49,397 nt of DNA, taken from Oligoflexus sp. (GTDB lineage Bacteria; Bdellovibrionota_B; Oligoflexia; Oligoflexales; Oligoflexaceae). The DNA is taken from the NCBI GenBank assembly GCA_041736305.1, contig JBGSTX010000318.1, positions 1-49,397 on the forward strand, read 5' to 3'. Below are positions 19,082 through 28,884 of this stretch, piece by piece; within the stretch, counting starts at the first letter, position 1; each line of letters starts with the position of its first letter. Under the pieces are notes generated by a model. The model made no database searches. It saw nothing but the letters and a program-made list of their open reading frames with translations, and was not told where the DNA came from. The translations under genes were made by a program, and so were the position numbers.

Positions 19082-22000
19082 TCGCTCGCATTATTCGGCT
19101 CTGTGCGGCCAACCCTATTATGACCGTCTTCATGGTCTTGGTGGCTTCGGCGCTTACGATTGTCTCAATGAAACGTTTGCCGCTTGATGCCTTACCAGAT
19201 CTTTCCGACACTCAGGTCATAGTTTTCGCAGAATGGCCTGGACGATCTCCCGATCTCATGGAAGATCAGGTCACCTATCCGCTTGTCACAGGGTTACTGG
19301 CTTCACCGAAAGTTAAGTACGTGCGTGGGCTATCCATGCTCGGCGCTTCGCAAATTATAATCGTATTTGAAGATGGAACAGATCTCTACTGGGCGCGCTC
19401 GCGGATAGCGGAAAAATTAGCATCAGTTGCGCGGCTCCCTCAAGGGGTGGTGCCTACCCTTGGCCCTGAAGCGACTGGCCTAGGCTGGGTTTACCAGTAT
19501 GCCCTCATCGATAAAACGGGGAAGCACGATCTGGCTCAGCTGCGCTCCCTGCAGGATTGGAATCTTCGTCTTAGCTTACAGGGAGTTCCAGGTGTGGCCG
19601 AAGTTGCCACCATTGGCGGCTTTGTTAAGCAATACGAAGTCAGTTTGGATCCAAAGAGGCTTCAAGCCTTTAAGCTATCTCCTCTTCAAGTAACGAGAGC
19701 GATTCGTAATGGTAATCAGGAGGTGGGGGCCAATGTCTTAGAGATGGGGGGGACAGACTTTACCATCCGCGGGCGCGGTTATGTAAAAGGAATGGATGAA
19801 ATCGAATCTATTCCCGTTACGACTCTTACGGGCGGCCGTGTCGTTACAGTCGGTGATCTGGGGCGAGTTCAAATGGTCCCTGCTCCGCGTGCTGGTGCGG
19901 GTGAACTGGATGGAGAAGGCGAGGCTGTAAGCGGCATTATTGTTATGCGGATTGGTGAAAATGCCCTGAATGTCATTGATGGGGTCAAGGCTCGCCTCAA
20001 TGAAATCAAGAAGTCCCTACCTGAGGGTGTAGAAATTGTTACGGTTTATGACCGTTCTGATCTTATTCAGAAGGCTATTGCGACTTTAAGAAATGTGCTG
20101 ATCGAAGAGATACTGGTTGTAGCGCTTATCGTGTCGATATTCCTATGGCACGCGCGCGCAAGCCTGGTAGCGATTCTACCGCTACCCATCGCAGTGCTTC
20201 TCTCCTTTTTACCCATGCTCTTTAGTGGACTCACTGTCAATCTCATGTCTTTGGGAGGGATCGCATTAGCGATAGGAGCCATGGTAGATGCGGGGATTAT
20301 TCTGGTTGAGAATGCGCATAAAAAGCTTGAGGGGCGAAACACCAAGGATATGCCTGAGGCTGAAAGACGCCGCATTATTACCGAAGCTATGGTTGAGATG
20401 GGGCGTCCGCTCTTTTTCTCGCTGCTTGTCATCACAGTATCTTTTCTTCCAATATTTTCGCTTGCAGGGCGCGAGGGAAAACTTTTTATTCCTTTGGCTT
20501 TCACCAAGACCGTGTCTATGGCCTGGGCGGCTGTATTAGCTGTTACTCTAACGCCAGCCCTTGCCATACTTTTTCTAAAGGGCAAATTTGTTCACGAAGA
20601 ACAGCACCTAGTCAGTCGCCTCCTTCATAATATTTACGGTCCTATAGTTGATTTTGTCGTTCTATGGAAAAAATCTGTAATAGCGGCAGCGATATTAATT
20701 GTGGCCGCAACCATTCCCATAGTCTTCAAAATTCCATCAGAATTCATGCCGGCCTTAAATGAAGGTTCAATTCTTTATATGCCGACCTCTGTTCCTGGAA
20801 TGAGCCTTGATACAGCTGTTCAAACTATGCAGCGGCAAAATTCAATCATCAAGGCCTTACCGGAAGTGGCCCACGTCTACGGTAAGGCAGGGCGAGCTGC
20901 TACCGCAACCGATCCTGCTCCTGTGAATATGTTCGAAACAGTTATATCGCTGAAGCCAGAGAAAGAGTGGCGAGATGGTATGACTTTTGAAAAAATTATT
21001 GCCGAATTGAACGGGAAACTTAATATTCCCGGTATGCCCAATATCTGGTGGATGCCTATACAAACCAGAATCGAGATGCTCTCGACTGGGATTCGTACAC
21101 CCATTGGCATCAAAGTTCTCGGTACAAACTTAGCTGAGATCGAAAAAACAGCAATTGAAATTGAAGAAGCTTTGCAAAAACTTCCTGAGACAAAGTCCGC
21201 ATTTGCTGAGCGCATCGGTTCAGGATCCTATATCGATATCAACGTAAAGAGAAAGGTCGCCGCACTGTACGGTCTAAATATTTCCGACATACACTCACTC
21301 ATTGAGACTGCTGTCGGTGGCAGTCCCGTTTCGACAGCAATCGAAGGCCGCGAGCGGTATTCGATTACAGTGCGTTATGCCCAAGATTTTCGAAATGATA
21401 TCGATGCACTTTCTTCAATAGTGATCCCGACACCAGCCGGTCAAGAGGTGACCTTGGGACAAGTCGCTACCTTGACGGTTAATTCTGGTGCTCCCATGAT
21501 TCAGAGTGAAAATGGCAAAATGCTTGGATTTGTCTTCGTTGATGTTGATAAAGCAATGGGACTTGCAGAATATGTAGACGTCGCAAAAAAAGCAGTTGAT
21601 AAGAATGTTAAACTTCCGCCTGGCGTTACACTTGAATGGTCGGGACAGTTCGCGGCGTTGGAGAGTGCTAAAAAAACCTTGATACTTGTCATCCCAGCCG
21701 CCCTCCTTCTGATAATTTTTATCTTATATTTGAACATGCGATCTGTGGTCGAGGTTGGAATTGTACTTCTTGCGGTACCGTTCTCGTTAGTCGGAGCGTT
21801 CTGGCTCCTTTACGCTCTTGGATATAAACTCTCGGTAGCAACGTGGGTGGGGCTCCTAGCGCTGGCAGGGCTAGATGCGGAAACGGGCGTAGTCATGCTC
21901 TTATACCTAACCAACTCCTATAATGATCGGGTGGCGGCAGGAGTTAAACCCAGCCTAGCTATGCTGAAGGAAGCGATTCATGAGGGCGCCGTACAGCGGG

Positions 22001-22206
22001 TTAGGCCAAAGCTTATGACTGTGGCTGCAGCGCTGATAGGTCTGCTTCCTGTGATGTGGAACACTGGCACTGGATCCGAGGTTATGAAGCGAATCGCCGC
22101 GCCCATGGTTGGCGGTATAGTCACCTCTGGATTACTCGAACTACTTGTTTACCCGGCAATTTTTGCATTGTGGAAAGGCTGGGAAATAAAAAAGCAGGAC
22201 TCATGA
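19078..22206 (+). CDS. cusA: CusA/SilA-type Cu(I)/Ag(I) RND efflux pump
   Basis: LDALPDLSDTQVI, LGPEATGLGWVYQY and AIGAMVDA motifs; Met-ligand motifs LYMP, NMFET and RIEML. Confidence 0.93.
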   Translation: MIARIIRLCAANPIMTVFMVLVASALTIVSMKRLPLDALPDLSDTQVIVFAEWPGRSPDLMEDQVTYPLVTGLLASPKVKYVRGLSMLGASQIIIVFEDGTDLYWARSRIAEKLASVARLPQGVVPTLGPEATGLGWVYQYALIDKTGKHDLAQLRSLQDWNLRLSLQGVPGVAEVATIGGFVKQYEVSLDPKRLQAFKLSPLQVTRAIRNGNQEVGANVLEMGGTDFTIRGRGYVKGMDEIESIPVTTLTGGRVVTVGDLGRVQMVPAPRAGAGELDGEGEAVSGIIVMRIGENALNVIDGVKARLNEIKKSLPEGVEIVTVYDRSDLIQKAIATLRNVLIEEILVVALIVSIFLWHARASLVAILPLPIAVLLSFLPMLFSGLTVNLMSLGGIALAIGAMVDAGIILVENAHKKLEGRNTKDMPEAERRRIITEAMVEMGRPLFFSLLVITVSFLPIFSLAGREGKLFIPLAFTKTVSMAWAAVLAVTLTPALAILFLKGKFVHEEQHLVSRLLHNIYGPIVDFVVLWKKSVIAAAILIVAATIPIVFKIPSEFMPALNEGSILYMPTSVPGMSLDTAVQTMQRQNSIIKALPEVAHVYGKAGRAATATDPAPVNMFETVISLKPEKEWRDGMTFEKIIAELNGKLNIPGMPNIWWMPIQTRIEMLSTGIRTPIGIKVLGTNLAEIEKTAIEIEEALQKLPETKSAFAERIGSGSYIDINVKRKVAALYGLNISDIHSLIETAVGGSPVSTAIEGRERYSITVRYAQDFRNDIDALSSIVIPTPAGQEVTLGQVATLTVNSGAPMIQSENGKMLGFVFVDVDKAMGLAEYVDVAKKAVDKNVKLPPGVTLEWSGQFAALESAKKTLILVIPAALLLIIFILYLNMRSVVEVGIVLLAVPFSLVGAFWLLYALGYKLSVATWVGLLALAGLDAETGVVMLLYLTNSYNDRVAAGVKPSLAMLKEAIHEGAVQRVRPKLMTVAAALIGLLPVMWNTGTGSEVMKRIAAPMVGGIVTSGLLELLVYPAIFALWKGWEIKKQDS

Positions 22207-23171
22207 ACCTACTGCCTAAGGCACCAACGTTGTCTGCTCGATCGAAAAACCACCCACCAAGGAGGCTTTGGTGCATCGTTCTTGGCGGTATTCTTGTCAT
22301 TGTCATATCGATGGGTCTTTATCGCTTTGCTGAAGAAAAGTTTGCACCTCCATACACTGCTGCATCGATGCCTCTCTACCGTGAAGTCGTCGGCACAGGC
22401 CAGAGAAAGCTTGTTTTGATTCATGGTTATTTGGGTTCGTCACGCTACTGGGCTTCGCGGCTATCTGGGATGGACCGCGACCATCAAGTGCTTATGATCG
22501 ATCTTTTAGGGTTCGGACGCTCCCCTAAGCCTGATACGGATTACAGCTTAACAATGCACGTAGAAGCAGTCCGTCAGGCGATGCGTGAAGAGGGGTTTCT
22601 TTCCCCTGGGACGATTTTAGTTGGGCATTCGCTTGGAGCAGTTATTGCTCTTGCCCTGCTTGCGGAAGAGCCTGACCCTACTATCGGTGCAACACTGATT
22701 GCTTTGCCGGTCTATAAGACACCCGAGGAGGCTCGAAGGTCTCTATCGAACATCTCGCCCATGCATCAGGCGATGGTTAATAATTCTAGCGTTATGCACC
22801 TTCTGTGTGCATTTATGGACATCTTTCGAATACCCCTCTTTGTCACCGCATTTGATGTCCCCTCCGATGTATACCATGATTCTCTATCTCATACATGGAC
22901 CTCGTCCTCACGCACTCTGCAGAGTGTCATTCTTAAAAATGACGTGAATAAAATTGCTAGGCAGGCAGCAGCGAGCCACTACCTGCTTTTTCTGCAAGGT
23001 GCCGAGGACCAAGTCGCGCCCTATACTAATTCCCGCACACTAGCCGAGTCCCTTCCAAATGCACGGTTTGAAACGCTTAAGGCGTTTGATCATCAAGGCT
23101 TTCTAAAAGATCCGGACAAAGTATGGAGACCGGTGCGCATATTCGAAGAGCTAAGTTGGCCGGTGAAGTAA
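22203..23171 (+). CDS. Alpha/beta hydrolase with an N-terminal membrane anchor
   Basis: LIHG, DLLGFGRS, GHSLG nucleophile elbow and downstream D and H; ATGA overlap with cusA. Confidence 0.85.
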   Translation: MNLLPKAPTLSARSKNHPPRRLWCIVLGGILVIVISMGLYRFAEEKFAPPYTAASMPLYREVVGTGQRKLVLIHGYLGSSRYWASRLSGMDRDHQVLMIDLLGFGRSPKPDTDYSLTMHVEAVRQAMREEGFLSPGTILVGHSLGAVIALALLAEEPDPTIGATLIALPVYKTPEEARRSLSNISPMHQAMVNNSSVMHLLCAFMDIFRIPLFVTAFDVPSDVYHDSLSHTWTSSSRTLQSVILKNDVNKIARQAAASHYLLFLQGAEDQVAPYTNSRTLAESLPNARFETLKAFDHQGFLKDPDKVWRPVRIFEELSWPVK

Positions 23172-23392
23172 CAAGCGCGGCTATTTGCCATAGTAAGTTT
23201 TAATTTGGCCGACCTCGATCACTATGAATGTGTGGGATGGGTATTAAAACAATTTTTTAGTTCTATCTGTCACGGACCAGGAAGAGTGATTGTAATAAAA
23301 GTCGAGAGCAGAACATTCACTGCTTTACTGATTTCAGTTGCGAGCCGATTAAGATTTACCTCATTGCCGGTCATAAGAGGAGCCTTCTAAAT

Positions 23393-23983
23393 ATGGAAAA
23401 TGGAACTCAGAAAAGCCCCTTAAGAATCAATTTTATCCTTTTGCTCTTTATCATAGCTGTACTCCTTAATTGGCCCTGGGAAATGCTTCAGATGCTCGCT
23501 TATAGAGAGATGGCTCATCGCTCTTGGAGCGAGACAGCCTGGATGTGCTTTCGGGCAGGCCTTGGCGATGGCCTTATAACTGTTTTTGTCTACAGCTCGA
23601 CCGTTCTGGTTTGCTATGTATTTTCCAAAGAAAAGTCGATTATGCGCATGAAGAATTTTGCAACATTAGCCATCCTGGGCGGCATAGTTGCTGTTGCCAT
23701 AGAAAGGCTGGCTCTATCTGCTGGCAGATGGTCCTACTCTAGTGCCATGCCGATCGTGCCAATATTTGAAGTGGGTCTTATGCCTTTGCTGCAGCTAATT
23801 ATACTAATACCGCTGGCGGTAAAACTCACTTTCCTCGCAGCCGGAGAACCTGAAGGACCTTTATGCGTCGATATTGATCATTCGAGCTTAACGCAAGGAG
23901 ATCTTGGGAGAAAGCGCCTTCTTCCACGAAATAGCGGAAGTTACGGAATTTTATCATCATTAACCCATTCGACATTGTTTTGA
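23393..23983 (+). CDS. Hypothetical membrane protein
   Basis: About 4 transmembrane segments with WEMLQ, GD, E...GRWSY and PLLQ patterns; preceded by a degenerate ECF promoter motif. Confidence 0.65.
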   Translation: MENGTQKSPLRINFILLLFIIAVLLNWPWEMLQMLAYREMAHRSWSETAWMCFRAGLGDGLITVFVYSSTVLVCYVFSKEKSIMRMKNFATLAILGGIVAVAIERLALSAGRWSYSSAMPIVPIFEVGLMPLLQLIILIPLAVKLTFLAAGEPEGPLCVDIDHSSLTQGDLGRKRLLPRNSGSYGILSSLTHSTLF

Positions 23984-24234
23984 TCATGCGGTGAGGAAGG
24001 GCAAAGTTTCAGGAAATCTTTGCGAGCTTTTAGCGTGTCTGAAAACTTCCTCATCTTGATGCTAAAATAGCGTTTGATCGCTGGCGCGCATTCGCTTGGC
24101 CGTTGGCCGCTAGAAAGGCAAAGAACTGCTTCACAAGCCGCTTTCGTATCGCCAGTAAACATTTCATTAGCCGATGCTATCGGTGAAACAAAGATAATTG
24201 CAGAGAGCAAAAAAATAGTGTTAAAAATTTTCAT
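23941..24234 (-). CDS. TrbM/KikA-family conjugation protein
   Basis: Signal peptide; ACEAVLCLSSG...EC...YFSI...R..FL..CP pattern. Confidence 0.85.
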   Translation of the reverse strand: MKIFNTIFLLSAIIFVSPIASANEMFTGDTKAACEAVLCLSSGQRPSECAPAIKRYFSIKMRKFSDTLKARKDFLKLCPSSPHDQNNVEWVNDDKIP

Positions 24235-24244
24235 AAAGTCCTCA

Positions 24245-24793
24245 TTACCGATTAAAAATTTCAATGTCCACGCGGCGGTTTGCCGCGCGTCCTACCTTCG
24301 AAGCATTGTTCGTAGCGTAATCTCCAGCCGATACGTAGTTGACCGAAATGATAGATGATGAAACGCCTTGCCCGATTAAATAGCGCTGTGCATCCAACGC
24401 GCGATTTAAAGCGATTTTCTCGTCAATGGCGCTAGGACTATCACCGTCGGTTCTTCCGCGGACTTCGATCCGGCTGGCTTTGGCGAGGAGGGGTAGAAAG
24501 CGCGTGGATTCATCAGCGCTCAAGCGAAACTTGGTGCCATTAGAAGGGAAGTAAAAGCTGAATATTTGCGATAGTGGAGCTGGATGCGCCGCGAGTGGGT
24601 CGACGACGGGCCTGGACTGCTCTTGTCGCAATTTCGCTTCCGTCTGCGCGAGCTGCGCACGGAGTGCGATAACTTCGGTCATCTCCGGGTTATTGATGAC
24701 CTGCCGATCCGAGCCGTCAACGACTGGCGGTTTTGGTGCGGAAGAACATGAGGCTAGTATAGCGATGCTTGTGAGAGCTACTAATTTGCGCAT
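24245..24793 (-). CDS. OmpA-domain lipoprotein of the transfer region
   Basis: Lipobox LASC; GRTD, ALNRA and GRAANRRVDIE motifs. Confidence 0.85.
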   Translation of the reverse strand: MRKLVALTSIAILASCSSAPKPPVVDGSDRQVINNPEMTEVIALRAQLAQTEAKLRQEQSRPVVDPLAAHPAPLSQIFSFYFPSNGTKFRLSADESTRFLPLLAKASRIEVRGRTDGDSPSAIDEKIALNRALDAQRYLIGQGVSSSIISVNYVSAGDYATNNASKVGRAANRRVDIEIFNR

Positions 24794-24849
24794 TACTGAA
24801 CTCCTATATTTGACGAATAGTGAACCGATTAATCGCGTTGAATCTTGCT

Positions 24850-26202
24850 TCATCGAGTGCGTTCAGAGGTGCGTTCGACCACCGGCCCGGTGCGTTCCTG
24901 CTGTATCTTAGCCGCAGCGGATTTGTCGTACACAGGCACTGCCGGCACTTTGTTTGTTTGCTCCCGAACAGCCACGCGCTCACCAATGGCCAGCTTCAAT
25001 GCCTGACGCTGCACTGGATCTGTTGTCTTCGAGTCAATAAAGGCTGAAGCGACGGATTCTATCACTTTGGCCTTGTCTGACTTTTGTACGTCCCATGTAT
25101 TGCGAAGCGTTGTGATTTCTTCCTTACCGATAACTTTTCCGGCCTTATCCCGTTTAAGGGCTTCAACAGTGACGGGTGTGTCACCCTTGAATTCTAGTTT
25201 TATATCGTCGCCGGTCTTCACGCTACCGTCGGATACGGCACGTTTCAGATCGATTCCCCAAACAGTTTTTTCACCTTTATCAGTAGCTAGCTTAATGAAG
25301 TAGCTCTGCTTTTCGTCTGGATCATGATTGAAGTTCGCTAGACCATGTTCGAGAACACGGCCAGCATAGGCCCGTGAAGCACTTTTGGTGGCAGATTCGA
25401 CCGCTGGTCCTGCCCACTCCTTGCTGGTTTCATTTGCTGGATGTGGCTCTGGTTTCGAATGCTCAGCTACCGGCTTTCGTTCGCGCTCTGTCTCGACATG
25501 CTCAATGGTGTTGTGCATCGTACGCTCGCGCCTGTCTTCGAGTAGTTTCAAATCCTGCTCCTTTGGCTTAAAGCCGCGAACCTCGATGCCGCGTAGGGAC
25601 GCTTCCATCCAGACTTCGCGTTTAAAGTCGGGATGACCCGAAACTTTGATGGTCTTCCAGCCCTTTGCTTCAGCCATCGTCGCCATTGCTTTTGCCACAC
25701 GATCATCGTTTGACGCCGACACCATGCGCCTGCCCATGTCCTTAAATGCCACTTTCTGCGGCTGATCCTTGAAGTGGAACTTGGAGCCGGCTACACGGAA
25801 CTGGTTGTGAACCTGTTCCATCAATTCCACCTGGCGGTTTTTTTCCTGTTCTGTAAGTAACTGGCTTTGTCTGTCGGGGGTGCCGCCAGTGCGTTCAGCG
25901 GTATCGTTTGCATTGTCTTGTTCAACCGCTTTTTCCGAGAGGTTTTCAACATCAATGCGCTTGTCTTCGGCCCTGATGCCGAGGTCCCCTACTTCGGGTT
26001 CATTTTTCCAAACTGGCTCGACGACGTTTTTTTCATCTGACTCATCCGGTTCTCGTCGTTCGAGAGAATTCCCTTTCATAGCTGAGAGTCGGTAGTCTTC
26101 TTCGGGCGTCAGCTTATATTCATCTATCAGGAATTCGCCCTTCGTAACTGCGGCCTGCTGCACTTCTTCGGGTTTGCGTCCATCTTCGGTACGTTCGTTC
26201 AT
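24850..26202 (-). CDS. LPD7/KfrB-like transfer-region protein
   Basis: AFKD.G, AEAKGWKTIKVSG..FKREVW (LPD7-like) and HG.A....D...SYF...VWG.DL motifs; downstream of virD4. Confidence 0.75.
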   Translation of the reverse strand: MNERTEDGRKPEEVQQAAVTKGEFLIDEYKLTPEEDYRLSAMKGNSLERREPDESDEKNVVEPVWKNEPEVGDLGIRAEDKRIDVENLSEKAVEQDNANDTAERTGGTPDRQSQLLTEQEKNRQVELMEQVHNQFRVAGSKFHFKDQPQKVAFKDMGRRMVSASNDDRVAKAMATMAEAKGWKTIKVSGHPDFKREVWMEASLRGIEVRGFKPKEQDLKLLEDRRERTMHNTIEHVETERERKPVAEHSKPEPHPANETSKEWAGPAVESATKSASRAYAGRVLEHGLANFNHDPDEKQSYFIKLATDKGEKTVWGIDLKRAVSDGSVKTGDDIKLEFKGDTPVTVEALKRDKAGKVIGKEEITTLRNTWDVQKSDKAKVIESVASAFIDSKTTDPVQRQALKLAIGERVAVREQTNKVPAVPVYDKSAAAKIQQERTGPVVERTSERTR

Positions 26203-26238
26203 AAGGGATCCTATAGATTAAAATATGACTCTCGATGA

Positions 26239-28884
26239 TCAAATTTGCCTGCTATCCGCGTTTCTGGCTGAAATTAGAGGCTTATTAAGCATGCTCAAGT
26301 CGAGCGTAAGCGCGTCCGTTGAAGTGTCTTCCGAGTATTCCGGGAGCGATTCCATTTCACCTAAAACCGCGAGCATTTCCGATTCGTCCATCATCCCATC
26401 GCCCCCCGCCGCGAAATCTTCCATAATTGATTCAAGTTCTTCGTCACTAGACTCGGTCGGCTCAATATCAACTGGTCCAGTCTTTAGAGCGAGATGCACG
26501 GGCGAAGCTTGATCCTTAGTCACGGATACGTTGGGCGTTTTAGGCTTGGCATCTGCCACTAGCTCCACGATGTTCTGTGCCCCATCCTGCGGTTCAACGT
26601 CGTTAGGCTTTGCTTGTTCCTCATTGATAGATTCCACGCCTGCACCCGCTTCGACCTCGCCATACTCGTTGACTGCATCAAGTGCGTCGAAAAATCCATT
26701 GACGAAAGCCTCAACTTGTTCTGGCTCGATACCGTCACCGGCTGGCAATTGCACCTTGGAGAGGTCCAGCGCTAAGGTGCTGAGGTCAATCCCCTTCGGT
26801 AGGTCTGCCGCCGTTAATTCGCGGCGACGGTCTTGCACGATGGCCTCGTGCAAATCAAGGTTTAAAAGCGGAATCGAGACGGCGCATTCGCCAGAACCCC
26901 AGGCGTCCTCGAGCTGTTTTTTTGTCGGCAGCTTCGTGCCAAGTTTTGCCAGCGATGGTGTGACGGATTTCAAACGATTAATAAAGACGTGATCCGAAAA
27001 GTAATTAATTTTCTCGCATCGGATGGCTTTGGTGTTTTCAAGGCTGATGATTTGCTCACGTTGGTTCATTTCCTTAAGTTCTTGCGGCATCATAAGAGCA
27101 CGTCTTTGATCAGATTCCGATTCGCTACGATGACCGCCCGTTTTACCGCCGAGCTGGCGGCTGTTGCCTTTGGCTTTGAACGTATAGTAGCCAAGAGCTT
27201 CCGAATATTCGTTTGCGTCCCGTTGCTCCCGAGGAGTAAAAAAAATTTGGCAAGCATGGTTTGTCACAAAAGTTCGAGCATTTTCTCGGCCGTAGCCTTT
27301 GGGCGCCTCTGCTTCCAACTGGCCCGGTGATTGTATGATGTTCAACATGCGTAGGCCATAGCCTGCCATATACGAGTTCGCCTTATCGATAATTCCAATG
27401 CGACCAGGCGCGGTAAATTCGTCGTCCAGCATCAAACAAGTGAACTTGAGTTCTGGCATCGCATGCAGCAGTCGGTTCGTATTGAGATTCACCAACTGCG
27501 TATAGAACATATTCATTACCAATTTGGCTTCAGCCAACTTGTTTGCTGGGATGCCCAAGTAGATCGACATGCGTTTTTTACGAAGGTCGCGCAAATCAAA
27601 ATCGTTTGCGCTGGTTGCCGCGTCAACGATTGGGCTGGCCCAAATGGTTAACGGCACGTTGAACGAAGCCATGATGCTCGAAAGCGTGTTGTCGGATGTA
27701 GCCGTGAAGCGGCTTAGAGCATCGACACATTCCATCGTCAACGGAGGCAGACCCATGCCGTCCCATTGCGTGATTGGCAAAGATTTACGTGTTGTTTGAA
27801 TCTTGGCACCTGAACTCTTGAGCAGGGCTTCCATTCGCTCAATATCGGCCTGCGGCACGTCTTTGGCGATTAATATCGGCGCTTGCTCACAGAGTAAATC
27901 AGCTTCGTCTTTACTGATCCTATCAGCGGCTATGATGGCCTTTACCACTTTGTCTCGATCGTCGCCGACATCGGTCAGCATAAGGTCGCCGAACTCACGG
28001 TAGTTACGTTCTTTGACAATGTTCTGAATGTGTTCCTTGACAGACCGGCCTTTGCCCGATGACTGCCGAAGTAGTTCGCCTATTGTACGGGGTAGGCTCG
28101 GCGTTTCGCACAGGTATAGTGTCAGGCCCAAGAAAAGGTTTCGGGCGGCGTCATCGAAAAATACGTCGCGGCCTTCGCCAGGATACAGCGAATAGCCAAT
28201 CGCCAGAATATCCGTTACACGTAGGCGCGGATTGTCACTGATATAACCCAATGGGTTGTAGCGGTGTGTTCTTCCTTCGAGGGGGTTTCCTTGGGCATCT
28301 TCGGTAATCGAGAACGGATTGAATAGGTAAATCTCCTGGCCCCACTGCGCGCGGAACTTCGAAGTGATAAGGAAGTTTTCTAGCTTAACGTCTAATACCA
28401 CGACCGATTCCGGCCAGTTGAGAAGGTTTGGAATTACAATACCAACGCCCTTGCCCGAACGGGTCGGAGCTGCGAGCAAGACGAACTGCATGCCGGGGAA
28501 CATCAAGAAGCGGTTTTTCAGCTTGCCGATGATGACGCCGGTCGAACCGAAAAGCCCGGCCTTTTCGATTTCACGAGTATTGGCGAACCGCGCATCGCCG
28601 TGCAGGGAACGGACCTCACGCATGGCCTGAATCAATACCGCTACAGGCGCGCCGTAAGCTATGACAGCGGCTACTAGTCCTGATAGCCTTAGTCGCTTTC
28701 CAACAATATTATCATTATGGTAGTAATCCCAGTAGGTCAGCCATGTCCAAAAATCGGTTTTACCGAAAGGGTTGGTCTTACTGAACAAGAAGAAAAGAAA
28801 TCCGGCCAACCACATTAGGGCAGCGGTCGCAGTAACGAATACCAAGATTCCCAGAAGCCATTTTAGCCAAATAGGCGCTTTCAT
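26239..28884 (-). CDS. virD4: Type IV coupling protein VirD4/TraG
   Basis: Two N-terminal transmembrane segments, HGDARFA, Walker A APTRSGKGVG, Walker B LDDEF, RALMMPQEL and an acidic tail. Confidence 0.95.
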   Translation of the reverse strand: MKAPIWLKWLLGILVFVTATAALMWLAGFLFFLFSKTNPFGKTDFWTWLTYWDYYHNDNIVGKRLRLSGLVAAVIAYGAPVAVLIQAMREVRSLHGDARFANTREIEKAGLFGSTGVIIGKLKNRFLMFPGMQFVLLAAPTRSGKGVGIVIPNLLNWPESVVVLDVKLENFLITSKFRAQWGQEIYLFNPFSITEDAQGNPLEGRTHRYNPLGYISDNPRLRVTDILAIGYSLYPGEGRDVFFDDAARNLFLGLTLYLCETPSLPRTIGELLRQSSGKGRSVKEHIQNIVKERNYREFGDLMLTDVGDDRDKVVKAIIAADRISKDEADLLCEQAPILIAKDVPQADIERMEALLKSSGAKIQTTRKSLPITQWDGMGLPPLTMECVDALSRFTATSDNTLSSIMASFNVPLTIWASPIVDAATSANDFDLRDLRKKRMSIYLGIPANKLAEAKLVMNMFYTQLVNLNTNRLLHAMPELKFTCLMLDDEFTAPGRIGIIDKANSYMAGYGLRMLNIIQSPGQLEAEAPKGYGRENARTFVTNHACQIFFTPREQRDANEYSEALGYYTFKAKGNSRQLGGKTGGHRSESESDQRRALMMPQELKEMNQREQIISLENTKAIRCEKINYFSDHVFINRLKSVTPSLAKLGTKLPTKKQLEDAWGSGECAVSIPLLNLDLHEAIVQDRRRELTAADLPKGIDLSTLALDLSKVQLPAGDGIEPEQVEAFVNGFFDALDAVNEYGEVEAGAGVESINEEQAKPNDVEPQDGAQNIVELVADAKPKTPNVSVTKDQASPVHLALKTGPVDIEPTESSDEELESIMEDFAAGGDGMMDESEMLAVLGEMESLPEYSEDTSTDALTLDLSMLNKPLISARNADSRQI

